A stretch of DNA of 22,159 bases from a virus (IMGVR_UViG_2671180847_000010:1-22159), one strand, 5' to 3'. Shown: positions 1-7,652, numbered from the stretch's first letter. The notes: a model not told the origin generated them from the sequence alone. Numbers and translations: made by a program.

Positions 1-933
1 ATGGACAACGACAAAATTGATCAACACAGCGACGAAATTGAAGTTGAGAGCGAAGAAAAAGAGCGCGGCAAAAAAATAGAAATAGATGAAGACCGACTCC
101 CCTCCCGGGCGATGGCAATTCATGAGCATATCCGCCAGGATGGTGAAAAAGAGCTGGAACGCGACGCAATGGCGCTACTGTGGTCAGCCATTGCGGCGGG
201 TCTGTCGATGGGCGCTTCGTTACTGGCAAAAGGGATATTTCAAGTCGAACTGGAAGGTGTGCCGGGCAGCTTCTTGCTGGAGAATCTCGGTTATACCTTT
301 GGTTTTATTATCGTCATTATGGCCCGCCAGCAATTATTTACCGAAAATACCGTGACTGCGGTACTACCCGTCATGCAAAAACCGACAATGAGCAACGTCG
401 GCTTACTTATACGGTTATGGGGCGTCGTGCTGCTGGGTAATATTCTCGGGACAGGTATTGCGGCGTGGGCATTTGAATATATGCCTATCTTCAATGAAGA
501 AACTCGCGATGCATTTGTCAAAATCGGCATGGATGTGATGAAGAACACCCCCAGCGAGATGTTTGCCAACGCGATCATTTCCGGCTGGCTGATCGCCACT
601 ATGGTTTGGATGTTTCCTGCAGCGGGTGCGGCAAAGATTGTGGTGATTATATTGATGACCTGGCTTATTGCCCTGGGTGACACCACCCATATCGTGGTCG
701 GTTCTGTTGAAATCCTCTATCTGGTGTTTAACGGTACGCTGCACTGGAGCGATTTCATCTGGCCCTTCGCACTACCTACTTTAGCGGGGAACATCTGCGG
801 CGGCACCTTTATCTTCGCGTTAATGAGTCATGCACAGATTCGTAACGACATGAGCAATAAGCGTAAAGCAGAAGCACGCCAAAAAGCAGAACGTGCGGAA
901 AACATTAAGAAAAATTATAAAAACCCGGCATAA
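1..933 (+). CDS. yfdC: Formate/nitrite transporter (FNT) family inner-membrane protein, host gene
   Basis: 310-aa ORF starting at base 1; hydrophobic multi-helix protein recognised as enterobacterial YfdC; lies immediately upstream of argW as in E. coli K-12 (recalled, not searched). Confidence 0.88.
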   Translation: MDNDKIDQHSDEIEVESEEKERGKKIEIDEDRLPSRAMAIHEHIRQDGEKELERDAMALLWSAIAAGLSMGASLLAKGIFQVELEGVPGSFLLENLGYTFGFIIVIMARQQLFTENTVTAVLPVMQKPTMSNVGLLIRLWGVVLLGNILGTGIAAWAFEYMPIFNEETRDAFVKIGMDVMKNTPSEMFANAIISGWLIATMVWMFPAAGAAKIVVIILMTWLIALGDTTHIVVGSVEILYLVFNGTLHWSDFIWPFALPTLAGNICGGTFIFALMSHAQIRNDMSNKRKAEARQKAERAENIKKNYKNPA

Positions 934-1008
934 ATGGCGAGGGTTTAAGCAATCGAGCGGCAGCGTACTTACCCCGCACTCCATTAGCGGGTATACTCAT
1001 GCCGCATT

Positions 1009-1083
1009 GTCCTCTTAGTTAAATGGATATAACGAGCCCCTCCTAAGGGCTAATTGCAGGTTCGATTCCTGCAGGGGACACCA
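1009..1083 (+). tRNA. argW: tRNA-Arg (anticodon CCU), prophage integration target
   Basis: 75-nt sequence gtcctcttagttaaatggatataacgagcccctcctaagggctaattgcaggttcgattcctgcaggggacacca read directly; cloverleaf-compatible, ends in CCA, anticodon loop CUCCUAA. Matches my recollection of E. coli argW. Confidence 0.93.
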
Positions 1084-1244
1084 TTTATCAGTTCGCTCCC
1101 ATCCGTACCAGTCCGCAAAATCCCCTGAATATCAAGCCTCCCGTAGATTCACAGTTCGTCATGGTTCGCGTCAGATCGTTGACAGCCGCACTCCATGACG
1201 GGTAAAAAGTGGATAAAATAATTTTACCCACCGGATTTTTACCC

Positions 1245-2402
1245 ATGCTCACCGTTAAGCAGATTGAAGCAGCAAAGCCGAAAGAAAAACCATACCGCCT
1301 TCTCGATGGTAATGGCCTGTACCTTTATGTCCCTGTGTCAGGGAAAAAGGTATGGCAGCTTCGCTACAAGATTGACGGTAAGGAGAAAATCCTGACCGTC
1401 GGAAAATATCCGCTTATGACTTTGCAGGAAGCAAGGGATAAGGCATGGACTGCGAGGAAAGACATCTCGGTTGGCATCGATCCGGTAAAGGCGAAAAAGG
1501 CTTCGTCTAACAACAATTCATTTAGTGCGATTTACAAGGAATGGTACGAGCACAAGAAGCAAGTCTGGTCAGTAGGCTATGCAACTGAACTTGCCAAAAT
1601 GTTTGATGACGACATTTTACCCATCATCGGCGGTCTTGAGATTCAGGATATTGAGCCGATGCAACTGCTGGAAGTAATCCGCAGATTTGAAGATCGCGGT
1701 GCAATGGAGCGAGCCAACAAAGCCCGCAGAAGATGCGGCGAGGTTTTCCGTTACGCTATTGTCACTGGTAGGGCTAAATATAACCCGGCACCTGACCTTG
1801 CTGACGCCATGAAGGGATACCGCAAGAAGAACTTCCCGTTTTTACCTGCCGACCAGATCCCGGCATTCAACAAAGCACTTGCAACATTTTCAGGAAGTAT
1901 CGTATCGCTCATTGCGACAAAAGTTTTACGTTATACAGCCCTAAGAACGAAAGAGCTTCGTTCCATGCTATGGAAGAACGTCGATTTTGAAAACAGGATT
2001 ATCACCATCGACGCCAGTGTGATGAAGGGACGCAAAATTCATGTGGTCCCGATGTCAGACCAGGTGGTTGAACTTCTCACTACGCTAAGCTCAATCACCA
2101 AACCAGTCTCAGAGTTTGTTTTTGCCGGGCGCAACGATAAGAAAAAGCCAATCTGCGAGAACGCGGTATTGCTTGTGATCAAACAAATCGGCTATGAGGG
2201 TCTGGAAAGCGGTCACGGATTCAGGCATGAATTCAGCACGATTATGAACGAGCACGAATGGCCTGCTGACGCTATTGAAGTGCAACTGGCACATGCCAAC
2301 GGCGGATCTGTGCGCGGGATTTACAACCATGCTCAGTATCTCGATAAGCGCAGAGAAATGATGCAGTGGTGGGCGGACTGGCTTGATGAAAAGGTGGCGT
2401 AA
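1245..2402 (+). CDS. intS: P4-family tyrosine integrase (IntS-like), transcribed away from argW
   Basis: Tyrosine-recombinase C-terminal region (..HGFRHEFST.., ..RGIYNH..) and an N-terminal region of the kind P4-family integrases carry; sits immediately 3' of a tRNA gene. Start placed at in-frame ATG 1245 (385 aa) rather than the track's GTG 1209; neither has a strong SD. Confidence 0.9.
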   Translation: MLTVKQIEAAKPKEKPYRLLDGNGLYLYVPVSGKKVWQLRYKIDGKEKILTVGKYPLMTLQEARDKAWTARKDISVGIDPVKAKKASSNNNSFSAIYKEWYEHKKQVWSVGYATELAKMFDDDILPIIGGLEIQDIEPMQLLEVIRRFEDRGAMERANKARRRCGEVFRYAIVTGRAKYNPAPDLADAMKGYRKKNFPFLPADQIPAFNKALATFSGSIVSLIATKVLRYTALRTKELRSMLWKNVDFENRIITIDASVMKGRKIHVVPMSDQVVELLTTLSSITKPVSEFVFAGRNDKKKPICENAVLLVIKQIGYEGLESGHGFRHEFSTIMNEHEWPADAIEVQLAHANGGSVRGIYNHAQYLDKRREMMQWWADWLDEKVA

Positions 2403-2575
2403 TGCCACCTCAATATCACACAGGACTATCATCCTTCCTCAAGTCGTTAATCGCGTGCGTAGCCAAACTCAATACATCAACATGTCGAAGCATGATATGC
2501 CATCCTATAAATGAACATAAGAATCATCTTGAAGCGTGAGTGGTAGCGCCTAATAGTTGTTAGAGAATGTAAACA

Positions 2576-2599
2576 CGGCATGCTCAAAGACACATGCCG
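2576..2599. terminator. Candidate bidirectional hairpin between convergent int and tailspike genes
   Basis: Inverted repeat CGGCATG-(10 nt)-CATGCCG, followed on + strand by a moderately U-rich tract (cctttgtaattatt). U-tract is weak on both strands. Confidence 0.3.
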
Positions 2600-2630
2600 C
2601 CTTTGTAATTATTAAAGCTCGTGTGCTTAC

Positions 2631-4538
2631 CTAAGCATTAAACCCTCCGACTCTTACTTTTAACGTGGTAAGCTTAGTATTTACTGTTATTTTTAAAGTT
2701 CCCGAGCCTGCAGCAACAGAGAATAAGCGGCGACCTCCAGATGTACCACCTCCAGCAGGAGGGGTGGTATCGAGTTCGCCTGTGATCGATATTGAAATGG
2801 TACCCTCACGGTTAGCAACGAGTAGCTCTAAACATTCAGCCCAGGTGTTTTGTGCAGAAGACCAAGCATCGATAAGGATTCTCTGTGTCGTTCTGTTTGG
2901 TATTGCGATGGATTTTACTTCACCTTCATTTACCAGACCTTGAAAACGAGTTCCATAATCTATCCAGCTAATGTTATAACCTGCATTTGTTGCAGGGTCT
3001 TGAGAGGTATACCAGGTCTGGGTTCGCACTCCAGTTTGACCGATTGTCAGTAGAGGACGAGCAAACTGATCGCGGTGAATGTATGCGTTAGCCCTTATTC
3101 CATTGCTTTGCAGATCTATATCTGCTGTTCGAGGGTTAGGAAAAGTAGCTTTTCCACCAACATCAAAAACATCATAATGATTTGCAACTGCAGGAATCCA
3201 TCCGTTCCTGTCCAGATTTCTAAAGAAATCCTCGAAAGCCAGCCAGTATGATTGCTGATGACCTAAAAGGTTAGGGTGAACAGTCTGTATTTCAGGGGTC
3301 CGGTCAAATAATGCCGTTTCACCATATTTAGCAACAGCATCAAACCAGTATTTTTCCACATCGATAAGCACGCAACCCATTTCTACAGCGATTTTCCTGA
3401 TCGCATCGTTTCCTCGAAGGAAGCGGACACCTGCTTGAATATTTACCCCATTCCACTCAAACGTGACATTTGAGTTTGCGGCAGATGGTATAATGTCATT
3501 ATCAGAGACTGGGGCCGGAGAAGATGAAGGCCATATTTGAGAAATTCCAGCCGGCATGCTCCAGCTATATTCAGAAATATTCGGATGAGGTGTGGTTGTT
3601 AGCACAACATCCCCGCCGGCCTCCCTGACTAAATTAATAGCATTTCGAAGGCGCTGTTTAAATCCGTTTTCATTGAATGTTTGCCCGGCATTATATTGTG
3701 CGGTAGGAAAATCATTCATTCCATATATAAACAAAGCAATATCAGGATATATTCCTTCAGTAACAACTTCAGGCCATTGGTTAACAATAAAATTATTTAT
3801 CGTTGAACCATTAACAGATTTGTTTGTGAAGTTAATGGGATAAATACGCTGCTTATTTAACGTATCGTTCATATACTCAAAAAATTTAGCAACTGGTGCC
3901 TGTGTTGCTGGATCAGGAAGCGTAGCACCAACCCCAACAGAAGAACCAAACCCATAGAGTCGAAATAAGTTCTGATAGCCAGAAACCCCATGCCGATAAG
4001 CTGTTAATTTATTGACGAAATTTGGGAAAAGGGCCTGTGATGATCCAGACGCAGCACGAATAGAAGCCTCTACCGTTCTTCCTGTTTCAGTCGCAACTAG
4101 GCTAGCACCTTCTTTTGAAGATAATCGGCAGTTAAAATCTGATATCTCATCAATTTCTGATTGTATTGCTGCCAGTAGCTCATCTACGTAGTGACGTAAC
4201 TGGTCAGGCTCGTATTTTAGAACATTAGGAAAATAGAACTGCTGAGCACCATATGCATCATAAACAGCCATAGAATGGCCTTGCACAGTAACGAACTTGG
4301 CAATCTGCCCGTTATATACCGGATATCCAGCAGCGTTAATGATGATTGGTTGCGAAACAGGAACATGAGAGCCGTCTTCGTTCTCTACATAAACCTGAAT
4401 CTGGTTTTCTGGACTTACCGGGTCAGTGTCAATTTTACCGATATAAATTTTTCCATTGGCTACGGCTTTAAAAGAACGAGCCATAGTGAAGAGTTGCGAA
4501 GGCATGCTTACCACAACATTGGCTGTAATGTCTGTCAT
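2631..4538 (-). CDS. Tailspike protein: P22-like head-binding N-terminal domain fused to a non-P22 receptor-binding region with SGNH-hydrolase-like motifs
   Basis: N-terminal ~115 aa ([11 protein letters not shown]...[18 protein letters not shown]...[11 protein letters not shown]) matches the conserved P22 gp9 head-binding domain as I recall it. Downstream region carries ordered motifs GFGSS (aa 196-200), NGST (243-246), GMND (273-276, nt 3711-3722) and VHP (420-422), resembling SGNH blocks I, II, III and V. Confidence 0.9.
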   Translation of the reverse strand: MTDITANVVVSMPSQLFTMARSFKAVANGKIYIGKIDTDPVSPENQIQVYVENEDGSHVPVSQPIIINAAGYPVYNGQIAKFVTVQGHSMAVYDAYGAQQFYFPNVLKYEPDQLRHYVDELLAAIQSEIDEISDFNCRLSSKEGASLVATETGRTVEASIRAASGSSQALFPNFVNKLTAYRHGVSGYQNLFRLYGFGSSVGVGATLPDPATQAPVAKFFEYMNDTLNKQRIYPINFTNKSVNGSTINNFIVNQWPEVVTEGIYPDIALFIYGMNDFPTAQYNAGQTFNENGFKQRLRNAINLVREAGGDVVLTTTPHPNISEYSWSMPAGISQIWPSSSPAPVSDNDIIPSAANSNVTFEWNGVNIQAGVRFLRGNDAIRKIAVEMGCVLIDVEKYWFDAVAKYGETALFDRTPEIQTVHPNLLGHQQSYWLAFEDFFRNLDRNGWIPAVANHYDVFDVGGKATFPNPRTADIDLQSNGIRANAYIHRDQFARPLLTIGQTGVRTQTWYTSQDPATNAGYNISWIDYGTRFQGLVNEGEVKSIAIPNRTTQRILIDAWSSAQNTWAECLELLVANREGTISISITGELDTTPPAGGGTSGGRRLFSVAAGSGTLKITVNTKLTTLKVRVGGFNA

Positions 4539-4670
4539 TTAATTTGCTCCAGATACAAGGAATCACCGAAGCATGGCTACGGTTGGTGTTTGTTGCATAC
4601 CGAAATGGTACGATTGTTGATTTGTACAGTAGGTTTTACGATGCCATTCCACCCATTTGGTGAGGCATTG
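4539..4670. promoter_or_regulatory. Divergent intergenic region between tailspike (-) and mnt-like (+) starts; presumed promoters/operators
   Basis: 132-bp non-coding spacer between two divergently oriented start codons; GGAG-type SD upstream of each start. Specific -10/-35 elements could not be assigned confidently by eye. Confidence 0.4.
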
Positions 4671-4928
4671 ATGATGTACAGCAAATACGATGAGGCGCAG
4701 TTCCACTTGAGGCTTACGCACGAGTTGCACGCTAAGATTAAGCAACGTGCAAAAATGAATAACAGGTCTATCAATTCCGAAATTGTGGCTACGATGGAAG
4801 AATCACTCTCCAAACCATCACCTGTAAGCGGGTATCGTGATGAAGAAGAGAGGCTGGCCTCATTAATCTCGGAACGAGTAAAAGAAGTTGTGGCTGATAT
4901 CCTTAGAAAAGAAAAAACCCGCAATTAA
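4671..4928 (+). CDS. mnt: Mnt-like ribbon-helix-helix repressor (immI-type)
   Basis: 85-aa product with an RHH N-terminus (FHLRLTHELHAKIKQRA..NNRSINSEIVATMEESL) and the segment SKPSPVSGYR, closely resembling P22 Mnt as recalled. SD GAGG 5 nt upstream of ATG 4671. The track's 217-aa ORF (4275..4928) is an upstream extension that overlaps the tailspike in antisense. Confidence 0.8.
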   Translation: MMYSKYDEAQFHLRLTHELHAKIKQRAKMNNRSINSEIVATMEESLSKPSPVSGYRDEEERLASLISERVKEVVADILRKEKTRN

Positions 4929-4936
4929 GCGGGTTT
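4915..4936 (-). terminator. Rho-independent terminator closing the minus-strand antirepressor operon; mnt stop codon lies in the loop
   Basis: Stem AAACCCGC / GCGGGTTT with 6-nt loop aattaa. On the minus strand the hairpin is followed by TTTTTTC TTTTC; on the plus strand the U-tract is poor. The mnt TAA (4926-4928) is in the loop. Confidence 0.75.
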
Positions 4937-4942
4937 AGTTGG

Positions 4943-5164
4943 TTAGTTATCAAAAAGTCCGTACGTTTCTTCTTCTTCAGGTGTAAGGGGAAGAATCTCT
5001 ACTCTATCTATAGATACCTTTTCAATGTACCCATGAGGTCTACTTAAAATTAAAGCTCTCTCATGCCACAGAACTCCAAGAATGTGATACCTTCCAGCAT
5101 CTCCTTTTACCCTGGCTCTTCCTTTGATTCTTGGCGGCATAATGCCATATCTTTTCTTTGCCAT
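4943..5164 (-). CDS. Hypothetical 73-aa protein, translationally coupled to the upstream antirepressor gene
   Basis: Start ATG overlaps the stop of the upstream gene (TAATG arrangement at 5162-5166); ORF ends just before the operon terminator. No recognisable domain. Confidence 0.5.
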   Translation of the reverse strand: MAKKRYGIMPPRIKGRARVKGDAGRYHILGVLWHERALILSRPHGYIEKVSIDRVEILPLTPEEEETYGLFDN

Positions 5165-5889
5165 TATGCAACATTGCTCCCATGAATCAGGTGTTGTAGT
5201 GCTTTAACACCCTCCGCATTGTAGCGGAATGCTTCCACCTGTTTGCTTGAATGCGCAGATTTATCCAAGAAGAACTTCCCGTACTGCTCAGTTTTGAGGT
5301 TGTTTGCGTTAGCAATGCGACCAATCTTGTTTGCCGTTACTCCAAGCTGCTCTGCAACCTCCCCTGCTGAGTAGTAATGCTCTTCTATTGCTGGAAGAGG
5401 TATTGCATTAAAACCAACTATCGGGTTGATTATGCTTGCTGCCGCAGTCTGCTTTGCTTCCGGCGCAAGATTTGGCATCAAATCTAACAGATTGGTAACA
5501 GCTTCAACCGTCATTTTCAATGTTCGAGCCTGGCGATACTCAACAAGTCCACTCGACGATTTACCGCTTTTAATGTGCGCTTCTTGCATACTTTCAAGTT
5601 TGTCTACAAGTGTTCGGCGAACTGCTTTAGATTCGCGAGCAGCAACACGAAGCGCCTGCTTGATAGTCATGGAGATAACATCAATGTCAGCCCCGTTTTT
5701 CCGACCTACACTTTTTGTGTAGGTCTCGCCCTCCAATTCATCCTCAATTTTCTCGATGAATTTGTTGTTACGTACTGATGGCTCTCCACATAACTTGCGA
5801 GCTTCATTAACCATCATCAGAAGACTTTGGCTGTCAATGGTTTTATCCGTGACAACGGATCCGATGTTTGCTACATTCTTCAAAGTCAT
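5164..5889 (-). CDS. Putative phage antirepressor (Ant/KilAC-like C-terminal region)
   Basis: 241 aa from ATG 5889 with SD AAGGAA upstream (track ORF begins further upstream at 5940). C-terminal segment YSAGEVAEQLGVTANKIGRIANANNLK... resembles KilAC/ANT antirepressor domains; domain call is from memory and needs a profile search. Confidence 0.7.
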   Translation of the reverse strand: MTLKNVANIGSVVTDKTIDSQSLLMMVNEARKLCGEPSVRNNKFIEKIEDELEGETYTKSVGRKNGADIDVISMTIKQALRVAARESKAVRRTLVDKLESMQEAHIKSGKSSSGLVEYRQARTLKMTVEAVTNLLDLMPNLAPEAKQTAAASIINPIVGFNAIPLPAIEEHYYSAGEVAEQLGVTANKIGRIANANNLKTEQYGKFFLDKSAHSSKQVEAFRYNAEGVKALQHLIHGSNVA

Positions 5890-5977
5890 TAGGCATTCCT
5901 TATGTGGTAGTAAGGGTGTGACATAGGCCGCCAGCAGCACACTGGCGGTTTTCTTTTTGCGCCGTCCGGCGCACCAA

Positions 5978-6604
5978 TCAATGAATCCATTCCTCGCCGC
6001 GCAGTTTTGTCAGCATTGGCTGAGCGTTCTTTACGACAAAATTGTTGGTATCAAGATTCTTCATTTCACGAAGAAGTGATTTCTTGGTTTCTTCTGACAT
6101 ATAGCGAGTCTCATATGCAATATCGTAAATTCTTCCTGAAAGCTCAGAACCAATTTGCTTCATTCCTGGGTAGATGTGTTTGCACATTTGTTGACTCTTC
6201 TCCATCCACAATTGTAAGTAGCAGAGATTAACCAGTTCTTCGTCAGTAAACTGTTTTGCAATCGGTGAGCATTCTGCCTGCCGATCCAAAATATCCAGCA
6301 CCCAGCGGCGGAACTCTTTGGCTACCGGAGTGCGAGCAAACATCGCGATTAGGTGGGCACCGCGTAGTGAGAAAACTCGCACTTTTTTGCGATAATTTCC
6401 TGAGGTACTCACTTCGAGTACCTGAGTCATTCCGGCGCTAAACTCATCGCTATACTTGTTATAAATCATTGTTACTGCACGGCTATTTGCATATTTAAGT
6501 GCAGATGCAATATTAGATGATGTAAACCAAACACCATGCATATCACGGGTGGGCACCAACTCAACTCCGTGGAAGTTGTAATCTGATTTTGCTACAATAT
6601 TCAT
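5978..6604 (-). CDS. Bro-N domain protein (antirepressor-like)
   Basis: Bro-N signature (..GVWFTSSNIASALKY..KKVRVFSLRGAHLIAMFARTPVAKEFRRWVLDIL..). Start placed at ATG 6604 preceded by SD AAGGAA; the track ORF starts at an upstream TTG (6709). Confidence 0.8.
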   Translation of the reverse strand: MNIVAKSDYNFHGVELVPTRDMHGVWFTSSNIASALKYANSRAVTMIYNKYSDEFSAGMTQVLEVSTSGNYRKKVRVFSLRGAHLIAMFARTPVAKEFRRWVLDILDRQAECSPIAKQFTDEELVNLCYLQLWMEKSQQMCKHIYPGMKQIGSELSGRIYDIAYETRYMSEETKKSLLREMKNLDTNNFVVKNAQPMLTKLRGEEWIH

Positions 6605-6677
6605 GTTAGTTTCCTTGCATACGGTTACTGACATAGAGGCCCGGTTTGTGTTCGCGCACTGCCGGGCTTCACTATTT

Positions 6678-6851
6678 TTATTGGATGACAACATCGCCCT
6701 TTGCCTCAAGTTTCATCAATAACTCCATTCGATAAGCTATCTCTGCCTGAATTGACCTATGGCATCTTTTTGCTGATTCGCGGATATGTGAATCAACCTT
6801 TTCTGTAAAACGAACCTGACGCGGCTTGATGGAAGATATCTTTTCAGTCAT
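6678..6851 (-). CDS. Arc-like ribbon-helix-helix protein (57 aa), first gene of the antirepressor operon; absent from the ORF track
   Basis: Hand translation of the minus strand: MTEKISSIKPRQVRFTEKVDSHIRESAKRCHRSIQAEIAYRMELLMKLEAKGDVVIQ. SD AGGAG 6 nt upstream of the ATG. RHH pattern (beta strand QVRFTEKV, then two helices) and RSIQAEIAYRME resemble P22 Arc RSVNSEIYQRVME as recalled. Below the track's apparent 60-aa cutoff. Confidence 0.6.
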   Translation of the reverse strand: MTEKISSIKPRQVRFTEKVDSHIRESAKRCHRSIQAEIAYRMELLMKLEAKGDVVIQ

Positions 6852-6950
6852 TATGCACTCCTGTTTTTGAAAAACTCATAATCTCACTTTTTGTAGTTTG
6901 ATTATTCACTCACACTCAGTATGAGTCAATGAATTTTTTATGGTGAACTA
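6852..6950. promoter_or_regulatory. Divergent control region between the antirepressor operon (-) and the CI-like repressor gene (+), with palindromic operator candidates
   Basis: 99-bp spacer between divergent start codons. Contains a 13-bp palindrome GTTTTTGAAAAAC (6863-6875) and an inverted repeat ACTCA-gta-TGAGT (6914-6926). Confidence 0.5.
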
Positions 6951-7592
6951 ATGAATTTTGACGATCAATTCCCATCAAGAGTATCTCTGGCAAGACAGTC
7001 CAGGGGTATGACGCAGGCGCAGTTGTCAAAATTAGCTGGTGTTGTTCAACGTCAAATAGCTGCATACGAGGGTGGTGAGGCTAAACCACGGCTTCGTGTA
7101 TTGCAGGCATTAGCCAACGCATTAGGCACTACGGCTGAGTGGTTAGCTCTGGGTGAAGGTCAGGGGCCTGGAACAAAAAACGTCATGCCTGACGTTCTGG
7201 TAAAGCAAATACCAATCCTCAAACTAGATGAAGTTATGCATTACCTAAACACAGGTGAACATTCATCGTCTAGATTTCATCCGGCAATATACAATGTTGG
7301 TGACTCTGCATTTGCATTGACTATTGAAGGTGAAGCTATGACTACAAGTTCAGGTATTAGCTTTCCCAGAGGATCAGTTGTCACGTTCAGCCCTCTAGTA
7401 AAAGCTAAAAGCAAAGATTATGTAATAGCATCATTGGATAAAGAGCAAATATTGAGCTTCAAGCAGGTTTACATTGGTGAAATAGAGACAAACTTAGTAT
7501 CCCTAAACCCAATGTATCCTAATATTCTTGTTAGAAATGAAGATGTTAGTATTTTGGCAACCGCAGTTTACCTTGAAATCCCGTTGCTTTGA
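6951..7592 (+). CDS. CI/LexA-like repressor: XRE-type HTH plus peptidase S24-like domain with Ala at the nucleophile position (predicted non-cleavable)
   Basis: N-terminal HTH (MTQAQLSKLAGVVQRQIAAYE). C-terminal region aligns by eye to lambda CI: DSAFALTIEGEAM vs CI DSAFWLEVEGNSM, SFKQV vs TFKKL, LNPMYP vs LNPQYP. Nucleophile position is Ala129 (codon gct at 7335-7337); Lys171 is retained; no Ala-Gly in the linker. Confidence 0.9.
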   Translation: MNFDDQFPSRVSLARQSRGMTQAQLSKLAGVVQRQIAAYEGGEAKPRLRVLQALANALGTTAEWLALGEGQGPGTKNVMPDVLVKQIPILKLDEVMHYLNTGEHSSSRFHPAIYNVGDSAFALTIEGEAMTTSSGISFPRGSVVTFSPLVKAKSKDYVIASLDKEQILSFKQVYIGEIETNLVSLNPMYPNILVRNEDVSILATAVYLEIPLL

Positions 7593-7652
7593 TATCCTTT
7601 AGGAAGCGACACATTATCATCCGGTGTTCTGCTCAAAACTAAGGAGGTTGGT

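Noticed and set aside
86-744. Internal and antisense ORFs inside yfdC (86..355, 180..440, 291..686-, 415..744-)
   Set aside because: Fully nested in or antisense to a well-supported membrane transporter gene; no independent start signals.
1209-1244. GTG start at 1209 for the integrase (track ORF start)
   Set aside because: The in-frame ATG at 1245 gives a 385-aa product, the length I recall for E. coli K-12 IntS. The 12 extra N-terminal residues have no support, though neither start has a clear SD.
2402-2557. 51-aa ORF overlapping the integrase stop (TAATG) with an SD-like AAGGTGG inside the int 3' end; considered as a possible excisionase
   Set aside because: The Cys-rich product shows no winged-helix or Xis/AlpA-like features. 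Noted in case homologues are conserved.
2631-4193. P22-type endorhamnosidase beta-helix in the tailspike receptor-binding region
   Set aside because: Beyond the head-binding domain the sequence does not resemble P22 gp9 as recalled, and the ordered SGNH-like motifs argue for an esterase-type module instead.
4614-4629. LexA-box-like sequence TTGT-N8-ACAG upstream of the mnt-like gene
   Set aside because: The first half-site has T instead of the conserved C of CTGT, and no scoring matrix could be applied; most likely chance similarity.
4275-4928. 217-aa plus-strand ORF from the track
   Set aside because: Its first ~130 codons run antisense through the tailspike N-terminus. Only the last 85 codons (from ATG 4671 with its own SD) form the Mnt-like gene.
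5890-5940. Upstream extension of the Ant-like ORF (track start 5940) and of the Bro-N ORF (track start 6709)
   Set aside because: Internal ATGs at 5889 and 6604 are each preceded by AAGGAA SD sequences; the extensions begin at poorer starts without an SD.
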